A stretch of 64,000 bases of DNA, from contig CAMOTD010000001.1 of NCBI GenBank assembly GCA_946625575.1, positions 67,279 through 131,278 of the forward strand, read 5' to 3'. The notes beneath the pieces are model-generated. The model was not told the DNA's origin. It made no database searches and saw only the letters and a program-made list of their open reading frames with translations. Shown one piece after another: positions 26,750 through 36,729 of the stretch (positions are counted from its first letter, which is position 1; every line of letters starts with the position of its first letter). The stretch is from an uncultured Clostridia bacterium (GTDB lineage Bacteria > Bacillota > Clostridia > Christensenellales > CAG-138). The position numbers were made by a program, and so were the translations under genes.

Positions 26750-27712
26750 TCAGAATTTAGCCATCATCTCGTTAAGCTCGTAAAGCTTGAAATCGAATTC
26801 GTCCTTTACTTCGATCGCTTCGGCGAGAGACACGTCGTAGATGTTGTTATGCCTTATGCCCACCGCCCTGCCGGCTTTGCCCTCGGCAAGGAGCTCAACT
26901 GCACGCTCGCCGAGTCTTGCGGCAAGCACGCGGTCGAATGCGGAAGGATTACCGCCTCGCTGAATGTAGCCGAGCACGGTCGCCTTGATCTCAACGTCGG
27001 TATGCTCGCGAACGTAGGCGGCGAAATCCTCCGCTTTGCCGGCGCCTTCGGCAATCATTACGATGCTCGTGAGCTTGCCGCGAAGCTTGTTCTGCGCAAG
27101 CCTGTTCGCCGCTTCGTCCCAGGGCATGGGCATCTCGGGAACGAGTATTAGGTCGGCCGCTCCGCCGATACCGGCCCAAAGCGCGATATCGCCGCAGTTC
27201 CTGCCCATTACTTCAATAACGCCGACACGGTCATGCGCGCGCATGGTGTCCCTTATCTTATAGATCTCGTTTGTTACGTTATTGACCGCGGTATCAAAGC
27301 CGATAGTGAAATCGGTGTAGCCCATATCGTTATCAATAGTACCCGGTATGCCTATCGCGGGGATGCCGGCTTTGACAAGCTCCATACATCCGCGGAAGCT
27401 GCCGTCGCCGCCGATAACGACAAGACCTTCAATGCCGTACGCCTTCAGAACGGAAATGGCTTTATTAACGCCTTCCTCCGTCTTGAATTCCTGGCTTCGG
27501 GCTGTCCTTAAAACGGTGCCGCCCTTATGCATCTTGTTTTCAACGTCCTCATGGTGCAGGTAATCGACCTTGCCTTCGATCAACCCTTTATAACCGTGAT
27601 AGATCCCCATTACCTGCATTCCCAACGCAACGCCCGTTTTGAAGACGGCGCGTATCGCGCAGTTCATACCGGGAGTATCTCCGCCGCTTGTTAATACACC
27701 GATCCTTTTCAT
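26750..27712 (-). CDS. pfkA: ATP-dependent 6-phosphofructokinase
   Basis: TSGGD, GGDGS, PGTIDND, EVMGR, LGYIQRGG. Confidence 0.97.
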   Translation of the reverse strand: MKRIGVLTSGGDTPGMNCAIRAVFKTGVALGMQVMGIYHGYKGLIEGKVDYLHHEDVENKMHKGGTVLRTARSQEFKTEEGVNKAISVLKAYGIEGLVVIGGDGSFRGCMELVKAGIPAIGIPGTIDNDMGYTDFTIGFDTAVNNVTNEIYKIRDTMRAHDRVGVIEVMGRNCGDIALWAGIGGAADLILVPEMPMPWDEAANRLAQNKLRGKLTSIVMIAEGAGKAEDFAAYVREHTDVEIKATVLGYIQRGGNPSAFDRVLAARLGERAVELLAEGKAGRAVGIRHNNIYDVSLAEAIEVKDEFDFKLYELNEMMAKF

Positions 27713-27732
27713 AATAATGCCTTTCTGTATGA

Positions 27733-30700
27733 TTATTGTTTTACTTTTATGAATTTAACGTTTTCGGCTCCAAGTAAATTCCCCAGCACCTCGATAAGCG
27801 CAGATGAACCGCTTATGCAAAGCTCTCTTGGCGCAAGCTGTTGTTTGCCGGTAGTTTCGTCGAAGAACACTACGTCGTGGCTGCCAGGATAACGTTTAAG
27901 AACGTTTGCGACACGCTCCCGTTTTGAGAGGGTATCTGCATTGAATCTCAAATAGAGCCGGAATCGGTCTGTCTTTTCAAGAGGAGACACTTCGTCGATC
28001 ATAACGGTATTTGCCTTTTCCTCCCTCATCGACAAACGACCTTCGATTTTAAGAGGTTTTTCCGATGAGATCAGATCCCTATATTTTGAATACACAGTCG
28101 GGAATGCGGCAAACTCGACCTGACCGGTCATATCTTCAATAACGCCGTACGCCATTATGCCCGCGCCTGTTTTGGTCTGCCTTGTGCGTACGCCGCCGAG
28201 TATCCCCGCAACGCTCACTCTGTCGTTATCGCCTATGCCGGAATGACCGTCAGCTTCGGCAAGCTGTTTGCAGTTGGCGCTCATAAGCCTGATGGTCGCC
28301 TCATACTCCATGAGCGGATGACCGCTGATATAAATGCCGAGAGCTTCCTTCTCCATCGCCAGAAGCTCGTTTATGCTGAACTCCTCAAGGTCCTTCGGCG
28401 TTTCGTCCCTGAAAACGGGCTCTTCCTTTTCGCCTTCGCCGAACATATCGAACAGAGAGATCTGACCCGATTCACGGCGCTTTTTTTCGGATGCGGCGGC
28501 GCTCATCTTTTCCTCGTAATTGGCGATGAGCCAGAGCCTCGTCACGTTCATTCCGTCGAAACAACCGGCTTTAATAAGTCCTTCGACCATTCTTTTGTTT
28601 ATACCGTCAGTTCTTTCAAGGAAATCGTCGAAGCTTTTGAACTCGCCGTGCTGCTTCCTTTCGGCAAGCATCGACGCCATTGCTTCCTCGCCGACGTTCC
28701 TGATCGCAACGAGACCGAATCGGATCGCTCCGTTTTCGACGGTAAAATGGGGTTCAGACTTATTAATATCGGGCGGCAGTATCTTGAAGCCACGCTTCCT
28801 GCAGTAGTAGATGTAATCGGCGATCTTATCTGCGGAGCCGATGAAGCTGTTGATCAGCGCCGTCATCATCTCGACGGGATAATAATACTTGAGGTAGGCC
28901 GTTCTGTATGCGACGACGGCATAGCAAGCGGCGTGAGCTTTGTTGAATGCGTAGGAAGCGAAATCCGTCATTTCGTCGAATATCTTATTGGCGATCTCGC
29001 GCGGGATACCGTTCCTTACCGCTCCGGGAACGGTAATAGTCCCGTCCTCCTCAACGATACCGTTAATGAAATTGACGCGCTCTTTTTCCATTACGTCGTG
29101 CTTTTTCTTGCTCATAGCGCGGCGGATAAGATCGCTTCGGCCGTATGAGTACCCAGCCAGATCGCGGACTATCTGCATGACCTGCTCCTGATAGACCATG
29201 CAGCCGTAGGTGGTGCCGAGAATTGGCTTGAGCTTTTCATGTAAATAAGTAACGCTTGATGAATCCTGTTTACCCTCAAGATAACGCGGTATCTGCTCCA
29301 TGGGACCGGGTCGGAAAAGAGCTATACCCGCGATTATGTCTTCAAAGCAGCCGGGCTTCATCTGCATCATGAAGTTCGTCATACCTGCGGATTCAAGCTG
29401 GAAGACGCCTATCGTATCACCGGAGCTGATAAGATCGTAAACGTTCTTGTCATCAAAACCGAGCTTCGAAAAATCCGGCGCGGGAATGCCCCGCTGCTTA
29501 ACGAATTCACAGCAATCGTGAATGACCGTAAGCGTCCTCAGACCGAGGAAGTCCATCTTGAGCATGCCGAGCGCCTCGAGCGTGCCCATCGGATACTGAG
29601 TCGTGATCGAATCCTCGTTCCTTTGGAGGGGTACGAGATCCATCGTCGGAACGGAGGAAATAACGACGCCCGCGGCGTGGGTCGAAGCATGGCGCGGAAG
29701 ACCTTCCAGCTTCATAGAAAGATCAAGGAGCTTTTTATAGGTCTCGTTGCTTTCGTAAAGCTCCTTAAGCTCCGGCACCATTTCAAGCGCCTGGTTTAAT
29801 GTGATCTTCAGCATCTGCGGGATGAGCTTTGCGATCTTATCGACTTCGTTATACGGCACGCGAAGCACCCTGCCGACGTCGCGTACGACCGCTCTTGCAG
29901 CCATCGTACCGAAAGTAATTATCTGTGCGACGTGATCGGAGCCGTACTTCCTGACGACGTAATCGATGACCTCCTGCCTCCGTTCATAGCAGAAGTCGAC
30001 GTCGATATCGGGCATGGTGATTCGTTCGGGATTAAGGAAACGCTCGAACAGAAGATTGTATTTCAGCGGATCGAGGTCGGTTATATCAAGCGTATAAGCA
30101 ACGATGGAAGCCGCGCCGGAGCCGCGCCCCGGACCCACGGGTATGCCGTGAGTTTTGGCGTAATGAATGAAGTCCCAAACGATAAGGAAATAATCGACAA
30201 ACCCCATTTTTGAGATAACGCCGATCTCGTATTCGAGCCTGTCGACGTACTCCTTAGCGGGGTTTTTGCCGAAGCGTCTTTCCATACCCTCGGCGCAGAG
30301 TTTACGGAGGTATTCCTCATGACCCATACCGTCGGGCGGAGTGAATTCGGGAAGATGCCTTCCTCCGATCTCTATTTCAAGATCGCATTTATCGGCGATC
30401 TCGCGAGTGTTGCGTACCGCATCCTCATAGCCGACGAAGCGGCGCAGCATCTCCTCCTCGGATTTCAGATAGAATTCCTCGGCGGACATTTTCATCCGAT
30501 CGGTCTCATCCACGAAATGACCTGTCTGAATGCAAAGGAGAGCGTCCTGCGCCTCGGCGTCGTCCTTATTGACGTAATGGATATCGTTGGTCGCGACGGT
30601 CTTTATATGGAGCTCTTCCGCAAGCGCATTTAACCTGGGCAGCACCGTAAGCTGCTCGGGTATGCCGTGATTCTGAAGCTCGATATAAAAATCGTCGCCG

Positions 30701-31188
30701 AAGGCTTTCTTGAGCCTTAACGCAAGCGCCTTTGCTTCGTCGTATTCCTCGTTCAAGAGATGCTTAGGGATATCTCCGGCAAGGCATGCGGAGAGGCAGA
30801 TTAGTCCTTCCCTGTGCTGTTCGAGCAGATCGTAATCGATCCTCGGCTTATAATAGAAACCCTCGACGAAGGCGATCGAAGATAGCTTCATCAGGTTTTT
30901 ATAGCCTGTCTCGTTTTTGCAAAGAAGGATCAGATGGGAATGATCCCTTGCGCTGTTTTTATCGAAACGGCTGTTCTTGGCAACGTAAGCCTCCATGCCG
31001 ATTATGGGCTTGATCCCCTGTTTGCGGCACGCGTTATAAAAGTCGATAACGCCGTACATACAGCCGTGATCGGTGATGGCGATCGAATCCATCCCGAGTT
31101 CCTTCGCGCGGGAGGCAAGATCGGCGATCCTTGAAGCGCCGTCAAGAAGGCTGTATTCCGTATGTACGTGCAGATGGGTAAACGCCAT
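27733..31188 (-). CDS. dnaE: DNA polymerase III alpha subunit
   Basis: HLHVHTEYSLLDG PHP domain, GRGSGAAS, PDIDVDF, KMDFLGL, YAFNKAHA, OB fold; no intein seen. Confidence 0.98.
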   Translation of the reverse strand: MAFTHLHVHTEYSLLDGASRIADLASRAKELGMDSIAITDHGCMYGVIDFYNACRKQGIKPIIGMEAYVAKNSRFDKNSARDHSHLILLCKNETGYKNLMKLSSIAFVEGFYYKPRIDYDLLEQHREGLICLSACLAGDIPKHLLNEEYDEAKALALRLKKAFGDDFYIELQNHGIPEQLTVLPRLNALAEELHIKTVATNDIHYVNKDDAEAQDALLCIQTGHFVDETDRMKMSAEEFYLKSEEEMLRRFVGYEDAVRNTREIADKCDLEIEIGGRHLPEFTPPDGMGHEEYLRKLCAEGMERRFGKNPAKEYVDRLEYEIGVISKMGFVDYFLIVWDFIHYAKTHGIPVGPGRGSGAASIVAYTLDITDLDPLKYNLLFERFLNPERITMPDIDVDFCYERRQEVIDYVVRKYGSDHVAQIITFGTMAARAVVRDVGRVLRVPYNEVDKIAKLIPQMLKITLNQALEMVPELKELYESNETYKKLLDLSMKLEGLPRHASTHAAGVVISSVPTMDLVPLQRNEDSITTQYPMGTLEALGMLKMDFLGLRTLTVIHDCCEFVKQRGIPAPDFSKLGFDDKNVYDLISSGDTIGVFQLESAGMTNFMMQMKPGCFEDIIAGIALFRPGPMEQIPRYLEGKQDSSSVTYLHEKLKPILGTTYGCMVYQEQVMQIVRDLAGYSYGRSDLIRRAMSKKKHDVMEKERVNFINGIVEEDGTITVPGAVRNGIPREIANKIFDEMTDFASYAFNKAHAACYAVVAYRTAYLKYYYPVEMMTALINSFIGSADKIADYIYYCRKRGFKILPPDINKSEPHFTVENGAIRFGLVAIRNVGEEAMASMLAERKQHGEFKSFDDFLERTDGINKRMVEGLIKAGCFDGMNVTRLWLIANYEEKMSAAASEKKRRESGQISLFDMFGEGEKEEPVFRDETPKDLEEFSINELLAMEKEALGIYISGHPLMEYEATIRLMSANCKQLAEADGHSGIGDNDRVSVAGILGGVRTRQTKTGAGIMAYGVIEDMTGQVEFAAFPTVYSKYRDLISSEKPLKIEGRLSMREEKANTVMIDEVSPLEKTDRFRLYLRFNADTLSKRERVANVLKRYPGSHDVVFFDETTGKQQLAPRELCISGSSALIEVLGNLLGAENVKFIKVKQ

Positions 31189-32129
31189 TACTCTTCTCCC
31201 TTTATATCGTCGGCTATCTCCATTATCTTTTTAAGCCTGTAATTGACGGCGGATTTCCCGATGCCAAGCTTATCCGAAAGCTCCGAAAGGCTGAATTCGG
31301 GATAATCCATCCTTGCCGAAGCGACTTCATAAAGCTCTTCGTTCAGCGCATCCGGACCGAGCTTTGAAATGATAAGGCTTATCGCCTCTATCTGCGCGGC
31401 GGAGGATCTCGCCGCCTTTTCACGATTTGCCCAGAAGCAGTTGACCTCACGGTTGGAGTTGTTTTTCACTTCGCGAAGCATACGCTGCTCCCTGACCTCG
31501 AGCATGGATTCCCCCGCCCCCATAAAAGTAAGGAAATCCTCTACCGTATCGCCGCTTTTCATGTAGACGACCCATACGTTCTTACGTTTTATGACCTTCG
31601 GCGGAATATCTCGCTTATCAAGGAGGTCAGAGATAGAACGTGCAATGAATTCATCCTTCAATACAAGCTCGGCGTTGCAGCCCGTTTTCGGATCGGAAAC
31701 CGTGCCGCATGCGAGGAATACGCCCCTTAAAAAAGCGCGGCAGGCGTGCTCCGCACCGACGCCTTCGGGCAGATGCTTTTCAAAAAGCTTGTCCCCGTTC
31801 TCATCGTATGAGATGAGCCCGGAATCGAAGCACAGCTTATCGAGATCCTTTCCGTAAAGGAACAGCTCTATATTCTTTGCGTTGAGCCGTTCATGCTCGT
31901 TAAGCGAGACTACGTTTTCGAGTTCATACGAGCGGCAGGCAAGCTTTGCTATGAAATTGATGCCCGAAGAACATTCGCTGACGTACTGAAGTCCCCATTT
32001 CCTTAAAGAGCGCGAATACTTTAAGGAAGCCGAAGTAAGCGTCGCCCCGGCGACGAGCATGACCGCGTCCGCCCCTTTGCGGAGGCGCACGTTAGTCAAT
32101 TCCTCTTTTACCTGCTGTGAAAAGGACAT
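31188..32129 (-). CDS. whiA: DNA-binding protein WhiA
   Basis: MSFSQQVKEEL, AFLRGVFLACGTVSDP, NREVNC..AN, SLSEL...KSAVNYRLKK; TAATG overlap with dnaE. Confidence 0.93.
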   Translation of the reverse strand: MSFSQQVKEELTNVRLRKGADAVMLVAGATLTSASLKYSRSLRKWGLQYVSECSSGINFIAKLACRSYELENVVSLNEHERLNAKNIELFLYGKDLDKLCFDSGLISYDENGDKLFEKHLPEGVGAEHACRAFLRGVFLACGTVSDPKTGCNAELVLKDEFIARSISDLLDKRDIPPKVIKRKNVWVVYMKSGDTVEDFLTFMGAGESMLEVREQRMLREVKNNSNREVNCFWANREKAARSSAAQIEAISLIISKLGPDALNEELYEVASARMDYPEFSLSELSDKLGIGKSAVNYRLKKIMEIADDIKGEE

Positions 32130-33004
32130 TATACCTCTAACCTTTCCGAGATCGTCTCGGCTTCGATAGTCAGATCGCGATGCTCTATCACGGTATTGCA
32201 GTAATCACGCATTACCTCATAAACGACTTCCGCCATGGCGACGGATCTGTGCCTTCCGCCGGTGCAGCCGAATGAGATCATCAGCCTTCGCTTTCCCTCC
32301 CGCTCATAAGCGGGTATAAGCTCCTTGAGCATACCGGTAAGCATTTCGGCGTGCCTGATCACAAGCGGATCGCTCATAACGTAGGAACGAACGGGTTCAT
32401 CCCTTCCGGAAAGATTGCGAAGGGAATCCTCGTAATATGGATTCGCTGTATAGCGCATATCGATCACTATATCGGCATTAAGAGGTATCCCTCTTTTATA
32501 ACCGAAGCTCGTGATAATGAGCCTGAAAGCATTATCGCTTTTATCCGATATGATGCTTTCGAGCTTGCGCTGGAAATCGCGCGGAGTCATATCTGTGGTG
32601 TCGATAATGTAATTGGCTTTTTCTTTAAGCGGCTCTAAAAGCTCCCTTTCGATAAGTATGCCGGCAAGCGCGTCGTCGTGCATGGGATGGCGCCTTCTCG
32701 TCTCGCTGTAGCGTCTCTGGAGGCGTTCGTTGGAGCAGTCGAGGAAAAGTATCTCATACTGTTCCTCGATCATATCGAGCGTCTGGAACATCCTCTCGGT
32801 ACTGTAACGGAACACGGACGCCCTGCTGTCGATAACGAGGGCGACCCTTTCAACGGGCGGCTCGGTGCTTTTGCAAAGCTCTACGAAATTGCCCATAAGA
32901 CCGCTCGGCAGATTATCGACGCAAAGATATCCCATATCCTCAAGCACGCGCAAAGCGCTTGATTTGCCTGCTCCGCTCAAACCCGTAACGATAAGAATGT
33001 TCAT
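32129..33004 (-). CDS. rapZ: RNase adapter RapZ (YvcJ) P-loop protein
   Basis: TGLSGAGKS, CVDNLP, RRYSETRRRHP, SFGYK, GCTGGRHRSV; start reassigned to ATG 33004. Confidence 0.95.
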   Translation of the reverse strand: MNILIVTGLSGAGKSSALRVLEDMGYLCVDNLPSGLMGNFVELCKSTEPPVERVALVIDSRASVFRYSTERMFQTLDMIEEQYEILFLDCSNERLQRRYSETRRRHPMHDDALAGILIERELLEPLKEKANYIIDTTDMTPRDFQRKLESIISDKSDNAFRLIITSFGYKRGIPLNADIVIDMRYTANPYYEDSLRNLSGRDEPVRSYVMSDPLVIRHAEMLTGMLKELIPAYEREGKRRLMISFGCTGGRHRSVAMAEVVYEVMRDYCNTVIEHRDLTIEAETISERLEV

Positions 33005-33017
33005 ACTATACCCCTTG

Positions 33018-33917
33018 TCAAAGGATCTTGACTTCCGGTTCCAGCCAAACCCCGTATTTCTCAAATACGGTCTGTTCAACTGCTTTTATCAGCGCAGTGA
33101 CGTCGTTAGAAGTAGCTCCGCCTAGGTTAATGATAAAGCCTGCGTGTTTTTCGCTGACCTCTGCTCCTCCTATACGCGTGCCCTTGAGCCCTGCCTGCTC
33201 GATTAGAGCTCCGGCAAAATGCCCCTCCGGGCGCTTGAAGGTGCTGCCCGCGGACGGATAATTCAAAGGCTGCTTTGAACGGCGCCTCTCGTTGTAATCA
33301 TCCATGCGCTGTTTCGCTGAACCGTCGTCCTTATCGAGTGCGAATTCCGCTTCAAGAACGATCATATTTGGGAATGAATACAACGATCTCCTGTAACCCA
33401 TGGAATCGTCCGTCACCTCAAGCTTTTCGAGCTTTCCGTCGTTGTAAACGGTTACGGTGACAAGCCTCTGCTTGACCTCTCCGCCGTATGCGCCTGCGTT
33501 CATGGCGACCGCTCCGCCTACCGTCCCCGGTATGCCGGCAGCCCATTCAAGTCCGGACAATCCGGAATAAACGGAATACTTCGAGACCGCAGCAAGCGAA
33601 GCGCCTGCGCCGCAGATAAGTCTTTGCCCTTCGATCCGGTAATTCGTTAACTCGCCGGAAAGCCTGACAAAAACCATATCGAGACCTTCATCGGGAATAA
33701 GCAGGTTGCTTCCGTTTCCGATAACGAAAAACGGGATCGAACCTTTTCTGCAAAAGTCGAAAACGGCTGCAGCTTGAGAGGCGTTTTCGGGATAAACGAA
33801 GGAAGCGATCCTCCCGCCCGTCCGGAAGCTTGTGCATTCCGATCCCGTAACGTCCTCGCGGTGAGGCGTTCCTATTCTGTCAAAATAATGCTTGATAATA
33901 TCGATATCGATCATCAA
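33018..33917 (-). CDS. murB: UDP-N-acetylenolpyruvoylglucosamine reductase
   Basis: [50 protein letters not shown]. Confidence 0.96.
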   Translation of the reverse strand: MMIDIDIIKHYFDRIGTPHREDVTGSECTSFRTGGRIASFVYPENASQAAAVFDFCRKGSIPFFVIGNGSNLLIPDEGLDMVFVRLSGELTNYRIEGQRLICGAGASLAAVSKYSVYSGLSGLEWAAGIPGTVGGAVAMNAGAYGGEVKQRLVTVTVYNDGKLEKLEVTDDSMGYRRSLYSFPNMIVLEAEFALDKDDGSAKQRMDDYNERRRSKQPLNYPSAGSTFKRPEGHFAGALIEQAGLKGTRIGGAEVSEKHAGFIINLGGATSNDVTALIKAVEQTVFEKYGVWLEPEVKIL

Positions 33918-33929
33918 TCGGCCTTCCGT

Positions 33930-35018
33930 TCAGTTGATGTAGGACAGATCGAAAAACCAGTTGTCCATGGTTTTCCCGCTGTACAGGATATCTCCGTCCG
34001 ATGAAAGCGTGATAGTCATGTATCCGTTTTCTCCGGTTTCAAGGCAGATATCGATTATGGTTTCAAGATCTGTCGCGACGGGATACAGCTTTTCACCCGC
34101 GGATAAAAATGCGGTGATGTTCTCCGAACCGCTTGAATAAATACCAACGAGCATATCTGTCGAAACCGTGCAGAGCCTTCCGGCTTCGGGGATCACTGTC
34201 CATAGATTATTTACTTTTTCAAGTGCAAAATCATTCCTGCCGAGAACGAAGCTGTTGGCGCATTCCCAAGTGCCCATCAGATCGACGTATCTGCGAAGCA
34301 GTATCGTATTCGAGCCGACAGAATCGACCCATCCGTCGACGGAACAGATATTGAATCCGTTCGAAGCCGTATTGAGCTTATAGATCTTTGTAGTGCGCTC
34401 CTTATTTCCTCTGCCTATCGAAACGCCAATCTCGACCCTGTTGTCGCCGGTATTGAAATTATTGATAAACCCGCATATAAAGCGATCCGCCACGATGGAA
34501 TCGAGAAGCACGGCGCCGCCGTCCAAAGTGACCATTATGGAGAATAAGCTTTCTCCGTTACCGGATTCGGAAAGCTTCAATTCGATTTTTTCGTTGTTTC
34601 CGTCAAAGTCAAGATCGCAGTATTCCGGCTCGTTGAGCGATAGCCAGGTAAGCCCGGTCACGGGATCGGGCTTGGGAACGGCAGTAGGCTGAGGAGTCGG
34701 AGCTTCGGTAGGAACGGCAGTAGGTATTGGCGCCTGTGTTGGCTCGGCTGTCGGATCCGAACCTTCTTCGGGATCGGTGGGCGACGGCGTCGCCTCGGGA
34801 TCGCCGGACTGCGAGGGTCCGTCGCTCGATACGGGTTCGGTCTGAGCAGCGTCCGTAGCCATTTCGGTGTCGGACGGAACGGAAGAAGCCGCAGGTCCGT
34901 CCGATTCTTTGACCGGATCGCTTTCGTTTCGATTATGATTGCAGGCGCAAACGGAAACAGCGGCAATGATAATCGAAATCAATACCGCAAGTGCTTTTGA
35001 CGCCCAGGTTCTTTTCAT
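33930..35018 (-). CDS. Putative lipoprotein with Pro/Thr-rich linker
   Basis: Signal peptide ending VCAC; PTAEPTQAPIPTAVPTEAPTPQP linker; DLDFDG motif; AGGAG RBS before ATG 35018. Confidence 0.75.
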   Translation of the reverse strand: MKRTWASKALAVLISIIIAAVSVCACNHNRNESDPVKESDGPAASSVPSDTEMATDAAQTEPVSSDGPSQSGDPEATPSPTDPEEGSDPTAEPTQAPIPTAVPTEAPTPQPTAVPKPDPVTGLTWLSLNEPEYCDLDFDGNNEKIELKLSESGNGESLFSIMVTLDGGAVLLDSIVADRFICGFINNFNTGDNRVEIGVSIGRGNKERTTKIYKLNTASNGFNICSVDGWVDSVGSNTILLRRYVDLMGTWECANSFVLGRNDFALEKVNNLWTVIPEAGRLCTVSTDMLVGIYSSGSENITAFLSAGEKLYPVATDLETIIDICLETGENGYMTITLSSDGDILYSGKTMDNWFFDLSYIN

Positions 35019-35054
35019 CGGTATTTCTCCTTTAACATACTTATCTAACATATT

Positions 35055-35083
35055 ATTATAAAACCAAATATCAATTTCGTCAA
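35055..35083 (-). promoter_or_regulatory. sigmaA promoter for lipoprotein-murB-rapZ-whiA-dnaE-pfkA
   Basis: Minus strand TTGACG, 17 nt spacer, TATAAT. Confidence 0.75.
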
Positions 35084-35117
35084 GAACTATGGATTTTTTG
35101 ACTGAACGACATAAAGA

Positions 35118-35169
35118 AGAAAAAAAGTCCGCGCTCCCGCATGGCCGTATTACCAGCCGGAGACGGACT
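35118..35169 (-). terminator. Long-stem terminator after the glycerate kinase gene
   Basis: Minus strand AGTCCG...CGGACT outer stem with inner CTCC/GGAG pairing, followed by a long T run. Confidence 0.7.
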
Positions 35170-35200
35170 AAAGAATTACGTTTACATCAATTTGAACGCG

Positions 35201-36724
35201 TCAGCCTTTCATTCGTTTGATCAAACGATCTGCGGCTTTGTCAAAAGCATCAAGCGGTTCTTCTTCCGATCCCGTGTATTCCACTGAGAAAGCTCTGTCG
35301 GAAACGGCTTCAAAACCTTCGCCCTTCTTCCCCGCTATCACGGCAACGGGCACGTTGGCTTTTTCGGCGTGTTCGATTATGCTGCCGACCGCTTTTCCGC
35401 TCATACTCGTCGAATCGATCATACCCTCCCCTGTAATAACAAACGAGGCGTGTTTGAGCATCCTGTCGAACCCGGCGATCTCGAGCATCGCTTCGGAACC
35501 GGAACGGTATTCGGCATTTAAGAGTGCCATAAGCATCGCGCCCATTCCGCCTGCGGCGCCTGCGCCTTCAGTCCTTGAAACAGGTCGTCCTGCAAAGAGG
35601 TCTAAAACGTCGGAGAATCTTGTCATGCCGTACTCGAGCGCCGTCAACTGATGCTCGTCAGCGCCCTTCTGCCTTCCAAAAGTCCTCGTTGCGCCGTGCG
35701 AGCCTATAAGCGGATTGGACACGTCACACATTACGGTCACCTTTGTATTCTTAACGAACCTGTCGAGCCCGGAAACGTCGATGGTCACAATATCCTCCAA
35801 TCCGCAAGCGGAAGATATCTCTTCGCCGTCCTGATCGAAGAATTTTACGCCGAGAGCGTTAGCAAGTCCTATACCGCAATCGTTCGTTGCGGAACCGCCG
35901 AGGCACACGTATATCTCTTTAACGCCCTCGTGCGCCGCCCTCAGTATAAGCTCGCCCGTTCCGAAGCTTGTCGCATGAAGAGGATCGAGCGTTCTTCCGT
36001 GACACAGCGCAAGACCGCTTGCAAGCGCGGATTCAATAACCGCCTTAGTGCCGTCGATAACAAGATAGTCCGCGCTGATCTTATCCCCGTAAGGACCGGT
36101 AACGTTCATGCTGTGGCGGAACGAATACATGGTTTTTTCGATAGCGTCAAGCGTTCCGTCGCCGCCGTCGGCAACGGGCACAGGCACAGCCGTGACGCCG
36201 GGCATATTGGACCTTATCGCTTTAATGATGTGATTCGAAGCTACGCCAGACGGGATCGTGCCCTTGAATGCGTTGGGCGCGGCAAGGATCGTTTTTGTAT
36301 CCGAAAAAGCGACGCGCTTATCTGTTTTTTCCGGGAAAACGAGCGAGCGTCCGCTGCCGCCCGAAACCCTTCCGTCATCGCCGACAATGCCGAAGAATTC
36401 CATATCCTTAAAGTCGCGAACGACGTTATTCTGCACGTACGGCGTTCTTGCATCGGTAAAGCTGTGAAGGACGGCGTCGGCGTCGAGCTTTGCATACAGC
36501 GCGCGCATGGGGACCATATCGCCGTTCATAAACACCACAGTATAGATCCCTTTGCTGTCGCGCTCGTCAAGCGGACAAACGCCTCCGTACAAATGCATTT
36601 GATCAACGTCTTTCTTTGAAAGCGCATGAGTGATCTCGTTCAAAATGAAGGAGACGTCCTCTTCTTCGACTTTATCCTTTAAGAAGTCGAATCTTATGCC
36701 GAGCGGAAACTTTAGAATTTTCAT
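35201..36724 (-). CDS. Glycerate kinase (GlxK/GarK family) with an extra ~143-aa N-terminal domain
   Basis: From residue ~144: APNAFKG, PVADGGDGT, ATSFGTGELI, LGGSATND, CDVSNPLIG, FGRQKGA, GAGAAGG, ITGEG. Confidence 0.88.
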   Translation of the reverse strand: MKILKFPLGIRFDFLKDKVEEEDVSFILNEITHALSKKDVDQMHLYGGVCPLDERDSKGIYTVVFMNGDMVPMRALYAKLDADAVLHSFTDARTPYVQNNVVRDFKDMEFFGIVGDDGRVSGGSGRSLVFPEKTDKRVAFSDTKTILAAPNAFKGTIPSGVASNHIIKAIRSNMPGVTAVPVPVADGGDGTLDAIEKTMYSFRHSMNVTGPYGDKISADYLVIDGTKAVIESALASGLALCHGRTLDPLHATSFGTGELILRAAHEGVKEIYVCLGGSATNDCGIGLANALGVKFFDQDGEEISSACGLEDIVTIDVSGLDRFVKNTKVTVMCDVSNPLIGSHGATRTFGRQKGADEHQLTALEYGMTRFSDVLDLFAGRPVSRTEGAGAAGGMGAMLMALLNAEYRSGSEAMLEIAGFDRMLKHASFVITGEGMIDSTSMSGKAVGSIIEHAEKANVPVAVIAGKKGEGFEAVSDRAFSVEYTGSEEEPLDAFDKAADRLIKRMKG

Positions 36725-36729
36725 GATAG

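Noticed and set aside
34670-34810. Short tandem-like repeats (e.g. GGAACGGCAGTAGG twice)
   Set aside because: They encode the Pro/Thr linker; not a CRISPR array or regular tandem repeat.
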